Shown here: one piece after another, positions 24,325 to 37,747 of the stretch
Layout of the letters: every line of letters begins with the position of its first letter
Numbering within the stretch: the stretch's first letter is position 1
NCBI RefSeq assembly: GCF_009914755.1
Contig: NC_060947.1
Origin: the human T2T-CHM13v2.0 reference genome, Homo sapiens
Strand: one strand, 5' to 3'
Length of the DNA stretch: 64,000 nt
The notes under the pieces: generated by a model
What the model saw: the letters and a program-made list of their open reading frames with translations, nothing else
What the model was told of the DNA's origin: nothing
Databases searched by the model: none
Translations under genes and position numbers: made by a program

Positions 24325-26239
24325 CTTAGTGTGTCTAGGTCCTAGAGACCGTATCTGGTTTTCACAACTTTCCCAGCCCTGTTAGAGTCTGAGGCTTAAC
24401 TTAATCCCCACTTTTTGATCCTAGATGCTGCTTCAGATCACCCCACCTCCATGACTTACCTATTATACCTTGCACCCAACAGCTCTTTGCATTCCAGCCT
24501 GGATACAGTACCCCAGGTCCCTGCTTGGCCTGAAAGGAAAGTCAAACATGGCTGCCTGGTTATCCATTCACTATTTCTACTACTTTCTAGATCTTGTCTT
24601 CATAAGTAAACTCTAAGCTCCTGGAAGGCAGGACTGTCTGTGTCTTATTCTTTTCTTTATCCTTTGCAATACCAGCATTTTCTTTTATTCATTCATTTAT
24701 TTCTTAAAGACTGAATGTTCATTCTCTGCCAGGCTTGATACTAGGTGTTGGGGCAGCAGAGGGGAGACAAATATGGTCTAATATATTCTAGTAAATTCAA
24801 GGCAACAGGGAAGTCCAATGACATAAGATTGGCAAATTGACTTTGGGCCCAGGCCAGTAGAAATACGTGTGAAAATGGTTGGGGAACAGGCAGGGCCTGC
24901 CTATGCCTAGAACAGATAAGGAAGAAAATCAGGCTGGCGGATGCTGGAGGCCTGCTTCAAGAACCTTGGGGAGAAATGGGAGAAGGAGATGGAGTATTGT
25001 CTGCTTTTTCCAAAATGAGTGCCTAGAAAGGGAAGTGGCAATTATGGTCCTGATGAAAACAATATTTCCAGTTGTTACCTGAAACAATAGGATCTGGGGG
25101 TGTGATTCTCAGAGGTGGGTGATGTAATGGGAATAGCACTAAACTAAGCTTTCTAGCCCTCAAATTCCATGACCCTTTGACCTGAGTTTTGGTTTCAGCT
25201 CTACCTCTTGTTCACTATCAGACTTGGCTAGCTCCATTCCCCTGGCTCAGCCTCAGTTTCCTCCTCTATGACATGGCAGGATGTGGAGTGGGGTGGTGAG
25301 TGAGGAGCTTGGACTCAGGGACTGCAAGCTTCCTCTGAGCTCTTGACATTCTTGGCATGCAACAGGAAGAGAAGCATGGATTAGGAAGGTTCTATTGGAG
25401 GTTGAGACTGGAGGCAGGGAGGCTGGTGGGGAGGCCGAGGCAGCAGTGCCAGTAGGAGTAGAGTGGGAGAGGGCCTGAGCCAAGGCAGGAGCTGACAGAT
25501 TGGTGACATATTTAGGAGGAAATGGAACCGACGGGAACTGTCAACTGATGAGATGGTGAGGATGAAGGAGGAGGAACCAAAGAGGATGGAGATTTGACTG
25601 TGCCCTAGGAGGCCTGAGGGAGAGGAATCTTGGGTCCCAGGCCTAACACTGCCAACAAGCTTCCATGTGACCTTAGGGTCTCTTTCTGTTTCAGTTGCCA
25701 CATCTGCACAGTAAAGAGATGGCTCTGATGCTCCCTAAACCCCTCCCTGACCCCTAACAACTATAACAAATTAGGGAGCGCTGTGGGTTTCCAAATCAGT
25801 CTTTAATTTGTTAGAAGTTTGTAGGAAAATTCTGAACTCTTACACAGGAAGCTGAGATCTATGGTAGGGCTTGTAACTATAATGGTTTGGTGGTGAGGTA
25901 AGGACAGCGACTGAGGCTACAAATGGGGCTACCAGGAGAGGCCCTGGGGACTTCTCCTCAGGTGAAGCCCAAGAGTTGGCAGTCCTTGAAACACGGGCTT
26001 ACTTCTTGACCTAGGAAGATGTGGCCTTGGCAGTATTTTAAAGGAGACATTTGAAGATCCCAGATCCCAAAAGAATACAAATGGCACAGTACTCTGCATG
26101 GTGTTTGAGCCATTTTTGCTGGTTCATTAACTCATTTCATCCTCACAGGTACCTTCATTTCACAGATGAGGACGGGCACAGAGAGGCTGAGTGGGTGGTC
26201 TAGATCACATAGCTAAAGAACAAAAGAGCACACAAAGCT

Positions 26240-26955
26240 GTTTCTGGGGCAGTAAGCCACAGTGCTATTAGCAGCATCTGTGACTGTCACTACTAGAATC
26301 ACAGCTATTTTCATATCACATTACGGTTGTGGCAGGGATCTCAGAAAATCATCTATGCTCATCACCACTTCAAAATGATAATAGTCATTAGACCCACTGC
26401 TTGATCGTGTTATATTGAAGGTGTTAATCAAGAAGCACATATGACTATATTGTAAATTGCATCTCAAGATACAGTAATCAGTTTCCTTTATAATCCTAGG
26501 TAATTTATCTAATACATTTAGAAGCATTTTTTGAAATATGCAATACATTGTTATTAACTATAGTTGCCTATGTTGTGCAATAGGACACCAAAACTTTTTC
26601 CTCCTCTCTAACTGTAACTTAGTGCCTATTGACCAATGTCTTAGATTTTAAATATTCTCACACATAATAAATGTGTGATAAATGATCATAATGATACCTA
26701 TTTGAGGTCATGGATATACTAATTTCCCTGATTTGACCATTCCACAATGTATACATGTATCAAAACCTCACAATGTACCCTATAAATATATACAATTATT
26801 TGTCAATGAAAAATAAAATAAAACTTTAAAAACACAAAATAATAGCTACTATTTTCTACCCCCAAAGATCTCCCACCTATTTTTTTCCTAGAAAGGGTCC
26901 CTAAGCCGTGCCAGACTGCCAAAGGCATGACAAAGGGGTCCACGCCATGGCCTAG
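26240..26955. mobile_element. hAT-Charlie DNA transposon (MER119/Charlie7-like) interrupted by an L1MA fragment
   Basis: 'tattttcatatcacattacggttgtggcag...tatgctcatcaccacttcaaaat...aagaagcacatat' then 'ccagactgccaaagg...ggggtcca' after the L1 insert. Confidence 0.6.
26525..26842 (+). mobile_element. L1MA 3'-end fragment with 5' inversion (twin priming)
   Basis: 26525-26640 is the reverse complement of L1MA 3'UTR; 26641-26840 is the immediately downstream L1MA 3' end in sense orientation, ending in 'gtcaatgaaaaataaaataaaa'. Confidence 0.8.
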
Positions 26956-27409
26956 AAGGCACTCCTGATAGAGGGTGGGCTGGAGGCTTGGCCAGGCTCT
27001 GTACCAGGCACCTCACCTATGCACTCTCACCTCACCCTCCCAACTCCAGGAACTCGGTGTGATTATCCCACTTGACACACAGGAGACCAGCGCTAGACAG
27101 GAGGGAAGCCTTGTCTACAGTCACCAGCATGTAAGTGCGGAGCTGGGACACACATCCAGGTCTGTCCGACCAGAGTCCATTTTGTAACCACTGCAGCTCT
27201 CTGTCTCCTCTGGAAGGTGACTGCCAGCCCTTAAATGGAGTTCCCTCAAAAACAAATGACCCATTTAGGGCAAAGGACACCTGAGTGGAAACTAAGTGAC
27301 ACCATTTTTTTCAGCCCCAGTGCACATTTCCAGACCTGGGGTGTGGAATGAGGGCTCTTCCAGGTATGAAGGGAACGTCTTAGAGCAGTACTCGGTTTGA
27401 TGCTTGGCA

Positions 27410-27620
27410 GCCAGGGCATAGTGGTTGATGGCCAGCTGCATGCCTGAGTTCAAATCCCAGCTATGCCACTTGCTGTTTGTGTACTCTTGGACCCATTGCT
27501 TAACCTCTTGATGCCTCAGTTTCCTCAATGTAAAATGAAGTTACTGATAATATCTCCTAAGGTGGTCCTGAGGATTCAGTGAAGTAATACACATAAAGCA
27601 CTTGGCACTGTGCCTTGAGC
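27410..27620 (+). mobile_element. MIR SINE
   Basis: 'tgcctgagttcaaatcccagctatgccacttgctg...ttaacctcttgatgcctcagtttcctcaatgtaaaatg'. Confidence 0.85.
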
Positions 27621-27787
27621 TGTGGTGTGAACCAGTGCCATTATTTTCTCCTAAGAGAGTAATGCATGAAGGAGACTCAGGGCTCCTGGAAGACCTTTGA
27701 CGTCTATTAACCCTTTGTCCCTTCCCCGTCTGTTATCAGGGTCTCCCCTGCCCGATTCCCTGATGTATAGACAGCAGGAACCTTTAA

Positions 27788-27967
27788 ATCCAATGTTCCC
27801 ATCTGTGGCTGCACATTAATATCACCTGGGGAGCTTTTGAAATGGCGCTGCCCAGGCCTCATCCCAGACTATTGGAATCTGACTCTAGGGATGGGGATGG
27901 AGTTGGAGTATTTTTTCTGCAGCTCCTCAGGAGATTCTAAAGTGGAGACAAAGCTGAGAACCATGGC
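27788..27967. mobile_element. MER5-family MITE
   Basis: 'ggctgcacattaatatcacctggggagcttttgaaa...ccaggcctcatcccaga...ctcaggagattctaaag...gctgagaaccatg'. Confidence 0.7.
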
Positions 27968-29582
27968 CTCAGAAGGAAAAGGGCCTGTGTGCTGCTCTTT
28001 GGGGACAACAAGGAAGGAAGAAGAAACTCAGAGATCATGCCCTGCTCTGCAGACAGGATGAAAAAGAACAGAAGCCCAGGCATGGGGAGGAGGTGGGCAG
28101 CTTTAAGCTTTAGGAAACAGTGGGAGCTGGAGCCTGCAGCAAGAAAGAGCTATGGGGAAGGCACCACAGCCAGAGGCTGTCCCAGGCCCTGCCAGGCCAA
28201 TGGCCTAGGTGGTTTTCCTGCAGAAGGAAATGGGAAATATGGAGGTGAGGGCGAGATAAGGTTGTAAGGATGTACTCACAGCCTCTTTCTGCACCCTCAA
28301 ATGGCAGATCCTGATAAGTTGTTAACACCTTGTAAGAAACACGAGAGACAGTCTGTTCCACCTCCTCCCCTGGCACACATACAAAATGACTCCCCATCTA
28401 CCCACTCATAAGATCACATCCGGATTCCACCATCACCCAACCCAGCAGAAAGTCCCACCTCTGGTCTCTGTAAATATCTGCCAGCCAGAGCAGTACAGCA
28501 TGCCAGGGTCAGACACCAGTTCCCCAAGTGTGCTACCTTTTGTTATAAGAGGAGACTTCAGCAACTTGGGAGCTGGGCAGGGCAGCAGTGATGATCTTTT
28601 CAATGTGTGAAGAAGGGAAACTGTGTTTGAGAGGAGAAGAGGAAAGTGGTTGGCCTATGGTGCCACAGGGAGTAGCAGAAGAGACAGGATTCCCTGTCCA
28701 GTGCTCCCTTCCCTACACACCCTGAGACTTCAGCTTTGGTCCCTAATCTGCCAGTGCCAGGAAACTGGCCCACTTCCCACTACAGCCCTGTGGCTCTGAC
28801 AGGGTCTCTCATGATATCCAGCAGAGATCTTGAGTCAGCTGCTCTGAAGGAACTTCCAGTAAGGCTCCAGCTTGGAGTCTGGATCAGGAGTTGGGGCATG
28901 GGGCATTTTGAGTTTCGTGCTTATGTTGCCTTCCCCCCATCTTTTGCTCCTGGACATCTTTTGGCTAGGTGGGGTTTTCCTCACTCCCCACCTCCAAAGC
29001 GGAGACTATGTCTTTAAGAAAGGACGAGTCAGAGCCGCGGGGATCAGTTTCAAGCAGCCCTCAGAAGGCGAATCTGGATTGAGTTTAGGAAGAAAAAAGA
29101 AGGGGTTAGCTTTGGTCCTGCCTCCTTTCCTTTCTCTCATTTGCTCGTCTCTCCTCCGTCCTTCGTCTGGAAATTTGGTGAACTTGGCCAGGAGGTTCCA
29201 GAGCCCAGGGCTTTCCCCAGCAGCCTCGTCCTCTCACCTGGTCCCTCCTTCAGCTCCTGAGCACACAGTTTGGAGGACAGCTGGACAAGTGGCTGGAATG
29301 AGTAGGTACGTGGTCTGGACATTTTAACCTTCACCCTGTCAGGGAAGTCTGGGGAGTGTCCAACACAGACCCTGTGGGAGGCGGAAGGGAACTCTCAAGA
29401 CCTCCGAGAACCTTGGTAACCGAGGCAGGAAGGAGATGGGTGGGCTTTGGTGACTCCACTAGGGGTTTTGTATTAAGGGTCAGAAGGAGGCTTGGTCCAT
29501 GCAGCCTGGCCTACCTCCACCCTCGTGAGTTGCCTACCAAACCCATGATGGGTGGGAGTTTAGGAGTGTGAGGTGTTGAGTT

Positions 29583-29630
29583 TGCTGCTGCTGCTGCTGC
29601 CGCTGCTGCTGCTGCTGCCACTGCTGCTGC
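29583..29630. repeat. Interrupted CTG/CAG trinucleotide repeat (TGC)6 CGC (TGC)5 CAC (TGC)3
   Basis: Read directly from the sequence. Confidence 0.95.
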
Positions 29631-32019
29631 TAGAGGAATGGAGGCCAGAGGGTGCTAGGAACCCTATGAGAAAAGCAGATGGCAACATGTCCAGCCCCAG
29701 CCATCTGTGACTCTGGTGGCATGGAACCACTCAGCTAAGGTGAATGGGATTCAGTCTGCTCCAGCTGCATGTGCAGTGGGCCAGGAGCCACTCAAGGTCT
29801 TCTTGGGCTTACTTTTTTCAACTTTGTTGGATGACTACAAGCAAGGCTTTTAGCTTTTAAGGACTTCAGTTTACACTTCAGGGAAAATGACTTAATGCTA
29901 CTCAGCTGAAAGGGGGAAGCACAAAGGAAGAGGTAGAGAAGGCAAACTGGGTTTGTGATAGAGATTCAAGGAGAGCTCGAGATTTCTGTGAGCTCAAGGA
30001 TGTTTTCCCCTATTATTTTAGGAATAATTCATTCATTTATTTGTGTATTTAATCAGCAAGCATCAGTTAAATGCCTATTGGTGCCCGTCACTGGTGTCAG
30101 GGAACCAGCAATCCAATATGGCAGCAGGTCCTTCCGCCTGGCCTCCTTCCCCAGATCTCTACTCCTCCCTTTCCCTCACCCCTCAGCTGATTTGAGAGAG
30201 GAAGGGGCACTAGCTTCTAGTGTACTGAGGTGACATGATAAGGTCATGATAGGTGCTGACATTGTTGGCACTAGAGTGGGTACATCTCATTTGACAACAC
30301 TCTCTCTTGAAAGAGATTTGGGCCTGGGTCCCAAACATTACCTCAGCCACTGGGAAGGATTTTGAAGGTCAGGAAACAACAGGGATCCACAAGTTCAGCC
30401 TAACCCCTCCCTGACAGAAGGGGTGGCCCAGGCCTTCTTTGGACATTGTCGGTAGAGCTGGGCCCCTGGTTGGGTCCTCAGCATCATATGTGGACCAAGC
30501 GTTGTTTGGATTTGCCAAGAACATCTAAGGACTTTGGTCTTTGTGATTTAAGTAAGTTGTCATAACTTGGGCAGGAGGCATGCTGGGATCTCAGCCACCT
30601 GGCTGTTGGGGAAGGGATAGGGTTGGGAATACTGGCTCTTGGGTGGTCCTTTGGGTGTGGAAAGCTTAGGCATGGCATAGACAAGCATGTATGTGTGTAT
30701 GATATAGGAAGTATCCCCCAGGAGAAAAGGCCCGGCAAAAGCAAGGCAGAGTCTAACCCTGTCCAAGTAGGGTTGGGGTTCAGGACTGGAGTCATAACTG
30801 GCAGCTCACACAAGGACCTAATGCATACAGAGGAAGGGCAGTGAGACCAATGCCAGCGCCTGTGTACTCTGCTCTCACCCTGCTCAAGCAGAAATGGGAG
30901 TGGTGGAGCCAATGGGTGAGCTTCATGACTTCAGCTGAGAGGGCTGAATTGGCCTGCTCGGGGCTGCCACCACCCTACTTAAAAACAAATCCTCATAGCC
31001 CAGCTACCACTGCACTGGGTGTTTGCGACTGAACTGGGCTTATCTAAAGGGTTATTTGTGAGCCTGGAAAAGGGATAGGGAATAGGCCATGATGTCCTGA
31101 GGCTATGACAGTAGCACTTTGCTAACTTATCCTTGTCCACCCTTCCAATCCCACTGTGGCTGCTCCTGCCTCCTCAGGAAGGGATACCTCCAAGCTCAAC
31201 TGCCCACTCCTGCAGGTAGGCCTACTGCCCTCGCACATGCTCTGCCCACTTCTTGGATTGCTGGGCTCTGGCTGCAAGCCCTCAGAGCTCCTGTCATTCC
31301 TTTGCAGAACAAAGCAGCTACTCCAAGCAAGTGGTGCAGAAGGGTGGCTGGTGGAGGGGAGGCGGAGAAAATGTCAGGGGCTTATGTCAGGAAAGTTGAA
31401 TGCTTGCCAGCAGCTGGGCCTTCCCATCTAGGGTGACTTCATGAAAGAAGCCCTTGAAAGATTGTTCCCTCTCCCTTGTAAGGGTGCATTTTTGGGAATC
31501 ACTTTGTTTTCCTCTCCATTTTCTCTGCAAGTCTGATTGTTTGAGGAGAGCTAAACGTTATGTGTACTATTAAAGAAAAAAAAAGTGGAGAAAACCACCC
31601 CTTAAATGTAAAGCTGAGTAATTTCAGGAAAGGAATCCAAGGGAATGAGGTTTCTGCCCAAGTATGGGAAAATATCCATCCATCTCCCCACTTAATCAGA
31701 AAAATGATCTGCCGAATAATGAGTCATGCTGCCTGTCAGCAAACAGCACTGACCCTAGCCACAGAGCCAGGAATAACAGAGGTGAGAGATGACAGTAGCT
31801 ATGACGAAGAAAAGACATGAAGGGAACTGGATTCCTGCTGCCAGCAGCTGTTTGGCTCACCTTTGCCCCGTCCTGTGCAATAAAAAATGCACTGGACTGG
31901 GCTGTGTTATTGGTGACACTGATCAATACCACTGGGGTTCATCTGTGCATTCTGATAAGTGGGGTCTCCGCAGAGGGCACTCAGAATCAATCACAGCTTT
32001 GTGCACAGTCTGGGAGTTC

Positions 32020-32210
32020 TTTTTTACTGAGGAAAGCATATATACAGTAAATTGCATAAAGCACACTGTAAATGTACATTTCAATGAAGTTGTATATGTA
32101 TATGTGTGTGTGTGTGTGTGTATACATCTGTGTGTAACCACCACCCAGATCAAAGTATAGAACATTCGCAGCACCCCAGAAGGCTTACTTTTGCCCCTTC
32201 CATTTGGTAT
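32020..32210 (-). mobile_element. L1ME-type 3' end fragment with embedded (TG)n
   Basis: 'catatatacagtaaattgcataa...tgtgtaaccaccacccagatcaaagtatagaacattcgcagcaccccagaagg'. Confidence 0.75.
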
Positions 32211-32247
32211 TTACACGCACCAAGTGCTGCAATCAAATGTTTGTGAT

Positions 32248-32456
32248 CAGTGGCATGCTGGTAAATGTTTAACAACCAGTTCTGGTGTGTGTAATGGGGT
32301 GCCCTGCTTTGTAGCTTTTGCCAATTTTGTGGTATAAATATTCCTGCTATGGCTAATTTCGAGCTACCAACAGTTTAACAACTGGCTCACAAAATTATGA
32401 AAATTTAACAATTGGCTCTGGTGAGCCAAGCAGACTGGCTCCAGCACATCACCAGT
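32248..32456. mobile_element. MER63A hAT MITE
   Basis: Inverted termini 'cagtggcatgctggtaaatgtttaacaac' and 'ggctccagcacatcaccag'. Confidence 0.8.
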
Positions 32457-32869
32457 TGTAACAAAGGATTAAAGAGAGCCAAGTCCACCCAACTACCCAA
32501 TGCAGGTAGGAGTGGGCTCCCAAATACTCCCAGTTCCAGCCCCCTTAGTGAGGAGAGAATCGTTCATAGGATTTAAAGTGATCTCCAGCTTCTTTTATGC
32601 AGCAGACATCGGTTGTGTCCCTACCTTGTGGCAAGCTCTAAGGTCACGAACATGAGTAAACCATGGTTCTATCCCTCAAGGAGCTTACATAATTTAACAC
32701 TCGGAAGGAGAGGCGGACGTGTGAAGGTATATGTGCAATAAAGAGTTCTAGGGTCTGTGTAGGAGACTGCATGGGGCTTAATTGAGGGCACCAAGGAGGG
32801 CTCATTTCTGCCTTTGAATCAGAAATACATCTCTTATTCCACTTTGCTTTGGGAGGTGTCTTGGGGCCG

Positions 32870-33285
32870 AGGAAAAGAGCATCAGACTCCTACACACCTG
32901 TTTTGGATCCTGGTTCCACCTCTTCCATGCTGTGTGATCTTGGGCAGGTCACTTAACCTCTCTGAGCCTCAGGTCCCATATCTATAGAATGAGAGTAATT
33001 GTAGTACCTACCTTACACAGCTATTGTGAGTATTAAATGAGCTATTTCATGTGTAGCACTTAGCACACATAAGCACTTACTAATTATTAGCTTTAATTAG
33101 GAATTATTAGCTTCAATTAAGAATTATTAACAACTAGCTTGGACAAGCTTTGAACCTCTCTAGGACTCATTTTCATCTGTGAGATGGGATTAAAGTGCCA
33201 ACCTTGTCAGTGTTGTCATGAGAATTAAATTAGATCATGTATGTGAATTGTCTGGCCCAGAGCTGGTTCTCAGCAAATGCTGGTT
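32870..33285 (+). mobile_element. Two tandem MIR elements
   Basis: 'gctgtgtgatcttgggcaggtcacttaacctctctgagcctcagg...attgtgagtattaaatgag'; second copy from ~33138. Confidence 0.8.
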
Positions 33286-33677
33286 TGCCCCTTTCCTGCT
33301 TTCTCGCTCCTTTCCAACACACTGGCTTAAGACCTCGCTTGGAAAAAAAAAAAAAAAAAACCAGTTCTGACATGTTAGGAAATAAATATATCAAGTGAAC
33401 ACATTAACCCTTTTTAAAAGCTTTTTATTTTGCAATTTTAGACTCAAGGGAAGTTGCAAAAAAATTTACAAGGTGGATCTGGTGACCCTTTACTCAGTTT
33501 TACAATGTTGACATCTTACACAACTGGGAAAGTGATGTTGGTACAATCCGCAGAGCGTATTCAGGTTTCACGTTTTACATGTCATGTACTCTGTATATGA
33601 GTGTGTATATCATTTCAAACAATTTTATCACATGTATAGATTTGTATAACCATCACAATTGGGATGCAGAACTTCTA

Positions 33678-34023
<346 letters not shown>

Positions 34024-34181
34024 GGAGATGCAGAACTGTTGCATCACCACAAAGATCTTCCTCATGCTACCTCTTGGTATTTGTACCCATCTACTACCCA
34101 CTCCCCTCATCAGCTAACCCCTGGTAAGCAAGAACCTATTCTTCATCTATATGACTTTTTTAATTTCAAGAATGTTATGTA

Positions 34182-34482
34182 GGCCGGGCATGGTGGCTCA
34201 CACCTGTAATCCCAGCACTTTGAGAGACAAAGGTGGGCAGATCACTTGAGGTCAGGAGTTCGAGACCAGCCTGGCCAACATGGTGAAACCTCATCTCTAC
34301 TAAAAATACAAAAATTATCCTGGCGTGGTGGTGCTCACCTGTAGTCCCAGCTCCTCGGGAGGCTGAGGCAGGAGAATTGCATGAGCCGTGGTGTCAGACG
34401 TTGCAGTGAGCTGAGATCACACCACTGCACTCCAGCCTGGGCGACAGAGCAAGACTCTGCTCTTAAAAATAAATAATAAAAT
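34182..34482 (+). mobile_element. AluS element with no visible TSD
   Basis: 'ggccgggcatggtggctcacacctgtaatcccagc...gggcgacagagcaagactctg' with A-rich tail. Confidence 0.95.
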
Positions 34483-34747
34483 TAATCAATCAGTTGGGCA
34501 TATTTTGTGGGTCTATTTCTGGATTATCTGTTATGTTCCATTTATCTGTTTATCTATCTCTCCACCAATACCACACAGTGTTGATGAGTGTAGCTCTATA
34601 GTAGGCTTTAGCACTGAGTAATTCCTCCAATTATTCTCCTTTTTCAAGATTGTTTTAGCTGTTTTAGGGCCTAGTGCCTTTCCACGTAAATTTTAGAATA
34701 TAGTTGTCTATATCTATAAAAAGAAAAACGTTGTGGGATTTTAATAG

Positions 34748-35089
<342 letters not shown>

Positions 35090-37130
35090 TCTGAATTGAC
35101 ATCTTTACTACGTTGAGTCTTCCAATCCACGAACATAGTATGTCTGTCCTTTATTTAGGCCTTCTTTCATTTATTTCACCAGCATTTAGTCATATTCAGC
35201 ATAGATATCCTATACAAGTTTTACACATAAGTGTTTTATTTTCTTTGGAACAACTTTAAATGGTATTATGTGTTTTTAATTTGGTTCCCACCTGGTTAGT
35301 GCTAATATATAGAAATGCAGTGGTCTTTTCTGTGTTGATCTTTTATAGTGCAACCTTGCTGAAGTCATTTATTAGTTCTAAGAGTTTTTGTGTAGATTGC
35401 TTGGGATTTTCTATATATATATAATTATGTCGTCTGCAAATAGGGACAGTTTTATTCCTTCCTTTCCAATTTGTATGCCTTTTCTTTCTTTTTCTAGCCT
35501 ATTGCACCAGCTAGAGCTTCCAGTATTATGTTGAATAAGAATGGTGAAAGTAGACATCCTTGTCTTCTTCCTAATTTCAAGGAGAAAACAGTCTTCCACC
35601 ATTAAGTTTAATGTTAGCTGTAGGGTTTTGTTTTTGTTTTTTGTTTTGTTTTGTTCTTTAATAGATGTTCTTTACCACGTTGAGGAAGTTCCCCCACTCT
35701 TCCTAGTTTTCCAAGAGTTTCTATCATGTATGGGTGTTGGATTTTGCCAAATGATTTGCTGAATCCATTGATTGGATTATATGGTTATTCTTCTTTAGCC
35801 TGTTGATGTAGTAGATTACATTGATTTTTCAAATATTGGGTAAGCCTTGCATTCTTGGAATAAACCTCCACTAGAGTAAAATACCCACTTGGTCATGGTG
35901 TATAATTCTTTTTATATGTTGCTGAATTCTATTTGCTAATGTTTTTAAAACATTTTTGTGCCTATATTCATGAACTATATTGGCCTGTAGTGTTTTTATT
36001 TGTATACCGTTTTTGTCTAGTTAGGTATCAGGGTATAATACCTCATAAATTAACTGAGGAGTGTTCCCCCCTTTTCTATTTTCTGTAAGAGACTGTGTAA
36101 AATTGGTGTTAATTTTTCTTTAATGTTTGGTAGAATTCTCCAGTGAAAGCACCTGGGCCTGGACATTCTTTTTTGGAAGCTTCTAAAAATTGTAAATTCA
36201 GTTTTTGAAATCACTATAAGATTTCACATTCAGATTATTTATTTCTTGATTGAACTTTGGTAGTTTGTGGTTTTGTGATATTGGTCTATTTCTTCTAAGT
36301 TGTTGAATTTATGAGTGTAAAGTTGTTTATAATATCCTTTTAAAGGCTTCAGAATCTGTACTGATAACCCTGTTTCATTCCTGACATTGGTGATTTGTGT
36401 CTTCTCTCTTTTTATCTTTGTTATTCTTACTAGACATTTATCAATTTTATCAATTTATTTGAAAATGAACTTTTGTTTCATTGACTTTTCTCGATTGCTT
36501 TCTTATTTTCAATTTCATTGATTTCTGCTCTCTTTATTTCCTTTATTCTTCTTACTTTGGGTTTATCTTTCTCTTCTTATTATTATACATTCTTATAGAT
36601 ATGAAGCCTTTCTTCTTTTCTAATGTAAGGATTTGGTGCTATAAATTTTCCTGTCAGCATTGCTTTAAATGCATCCCACAAATTTTGATATTTGTATTTT
36701 AATTAATTTTCATCCAGTCCAATATATTTTTAAAATTTCCTTTGAGTCTTTCTCTTTGATTCATGGGTTGTTTAGAAGTGTGTTGTTTAATTTCCAGGTG
36801 TTTGGAGATTTTCCTTTTATATTTTAAAAATTGACTTGTAGTTTGATTCTCTATGTCAAGAGAACAGACTCAGTGTGACTTCAAATATTTTTAAGTTTAT
36901 TGAGATTTTTGCCTTGGTGAATGTTCCATGTGTATTCTGCTCTCGTTGGGTGGAGGGTTCTTTTGTATATGTCAGTTACATCTCTCGGATTGATTGTGTT
37001 GTTGAATTCTTCTTCTCTTTGATGATTTTCTGTCTAGTATGTCTATCAATTACTGTAAGTGGAGTGTTGAAGAACCCAACTATAATTGTGGATTCATCAA
37101 TTTGTCCTTTCAGCTCTCTCAGTTTTTGCT

Positions 37131-37174
37131 TTTTTATTTTTATTTTTTGACACGGAGTTTCGCTCTTGTTGCCC
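37131..37174 (-). mobile_element. Short Alu 3'-end fragment (AluSq/Sp-like)
   Basis: 'ttttattttattttttgacacggagtttcgctcttgttgccc' ends abruptly. Confidence 0.75.
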
Positions 37175-37427
37175 GAGTGAAGTGCAGAAACTTTATCTAC
37201 CTTTATGCCCTTTTAGCCTCCCTTATTTATAATTATCTTAAATATTTCCTCTACATACATTTAGAACCACATAAGATAGTATTTGCTTCAACCATCAAAT
37301 ATAACTTAGAAAATTCAAGTGGAAAAGAAAAAATCTATTGTATTTACCCATATTTTTGCTTACTGTGTTATTTCTTCCTTCCTGGTATTCCAAGATTCCT
37401 TCTTTATTGTTTCATTTATGTTTACAG

Positions 37428-37747
37428 CAGGGGTCCCCAACCCCCAGGCCATAGATCGATACCAGTCTGTGGCCTGTTTGGAACCGGGCAGCACAGCAGG
37501 AGGTGAGCGGCAGGGCAAGGAAGTATTACCACCTGAGCTCCGCCTCCTGTCTGATCAGTGGGGCATTAGATTCTCATAGGAGCATGGACCCTACTGTGAA
37601 CTGTGCATGCAAGGGATCTAAGCTGCATGCTCCTTATGAGAACCTAACTAATGCCTGATAACCTGAGGTGGAACAGTTTCATCCCAAAACCATCCCCCTG
37701 ACTCCCATCTGTGGAAAAATTGTCTTCCATGAAACCAGTCCCTGGTG
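37428..37747 (+). mobile_element. MER1B hAT-Charlie element, right terminus missing
   Basis: 'caggggtccccaacccccaggcc...gcattagattctcataggagc...ggaaaaattgtcttccatgaaaccagtccctggtg'. Confidence 0.88.
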
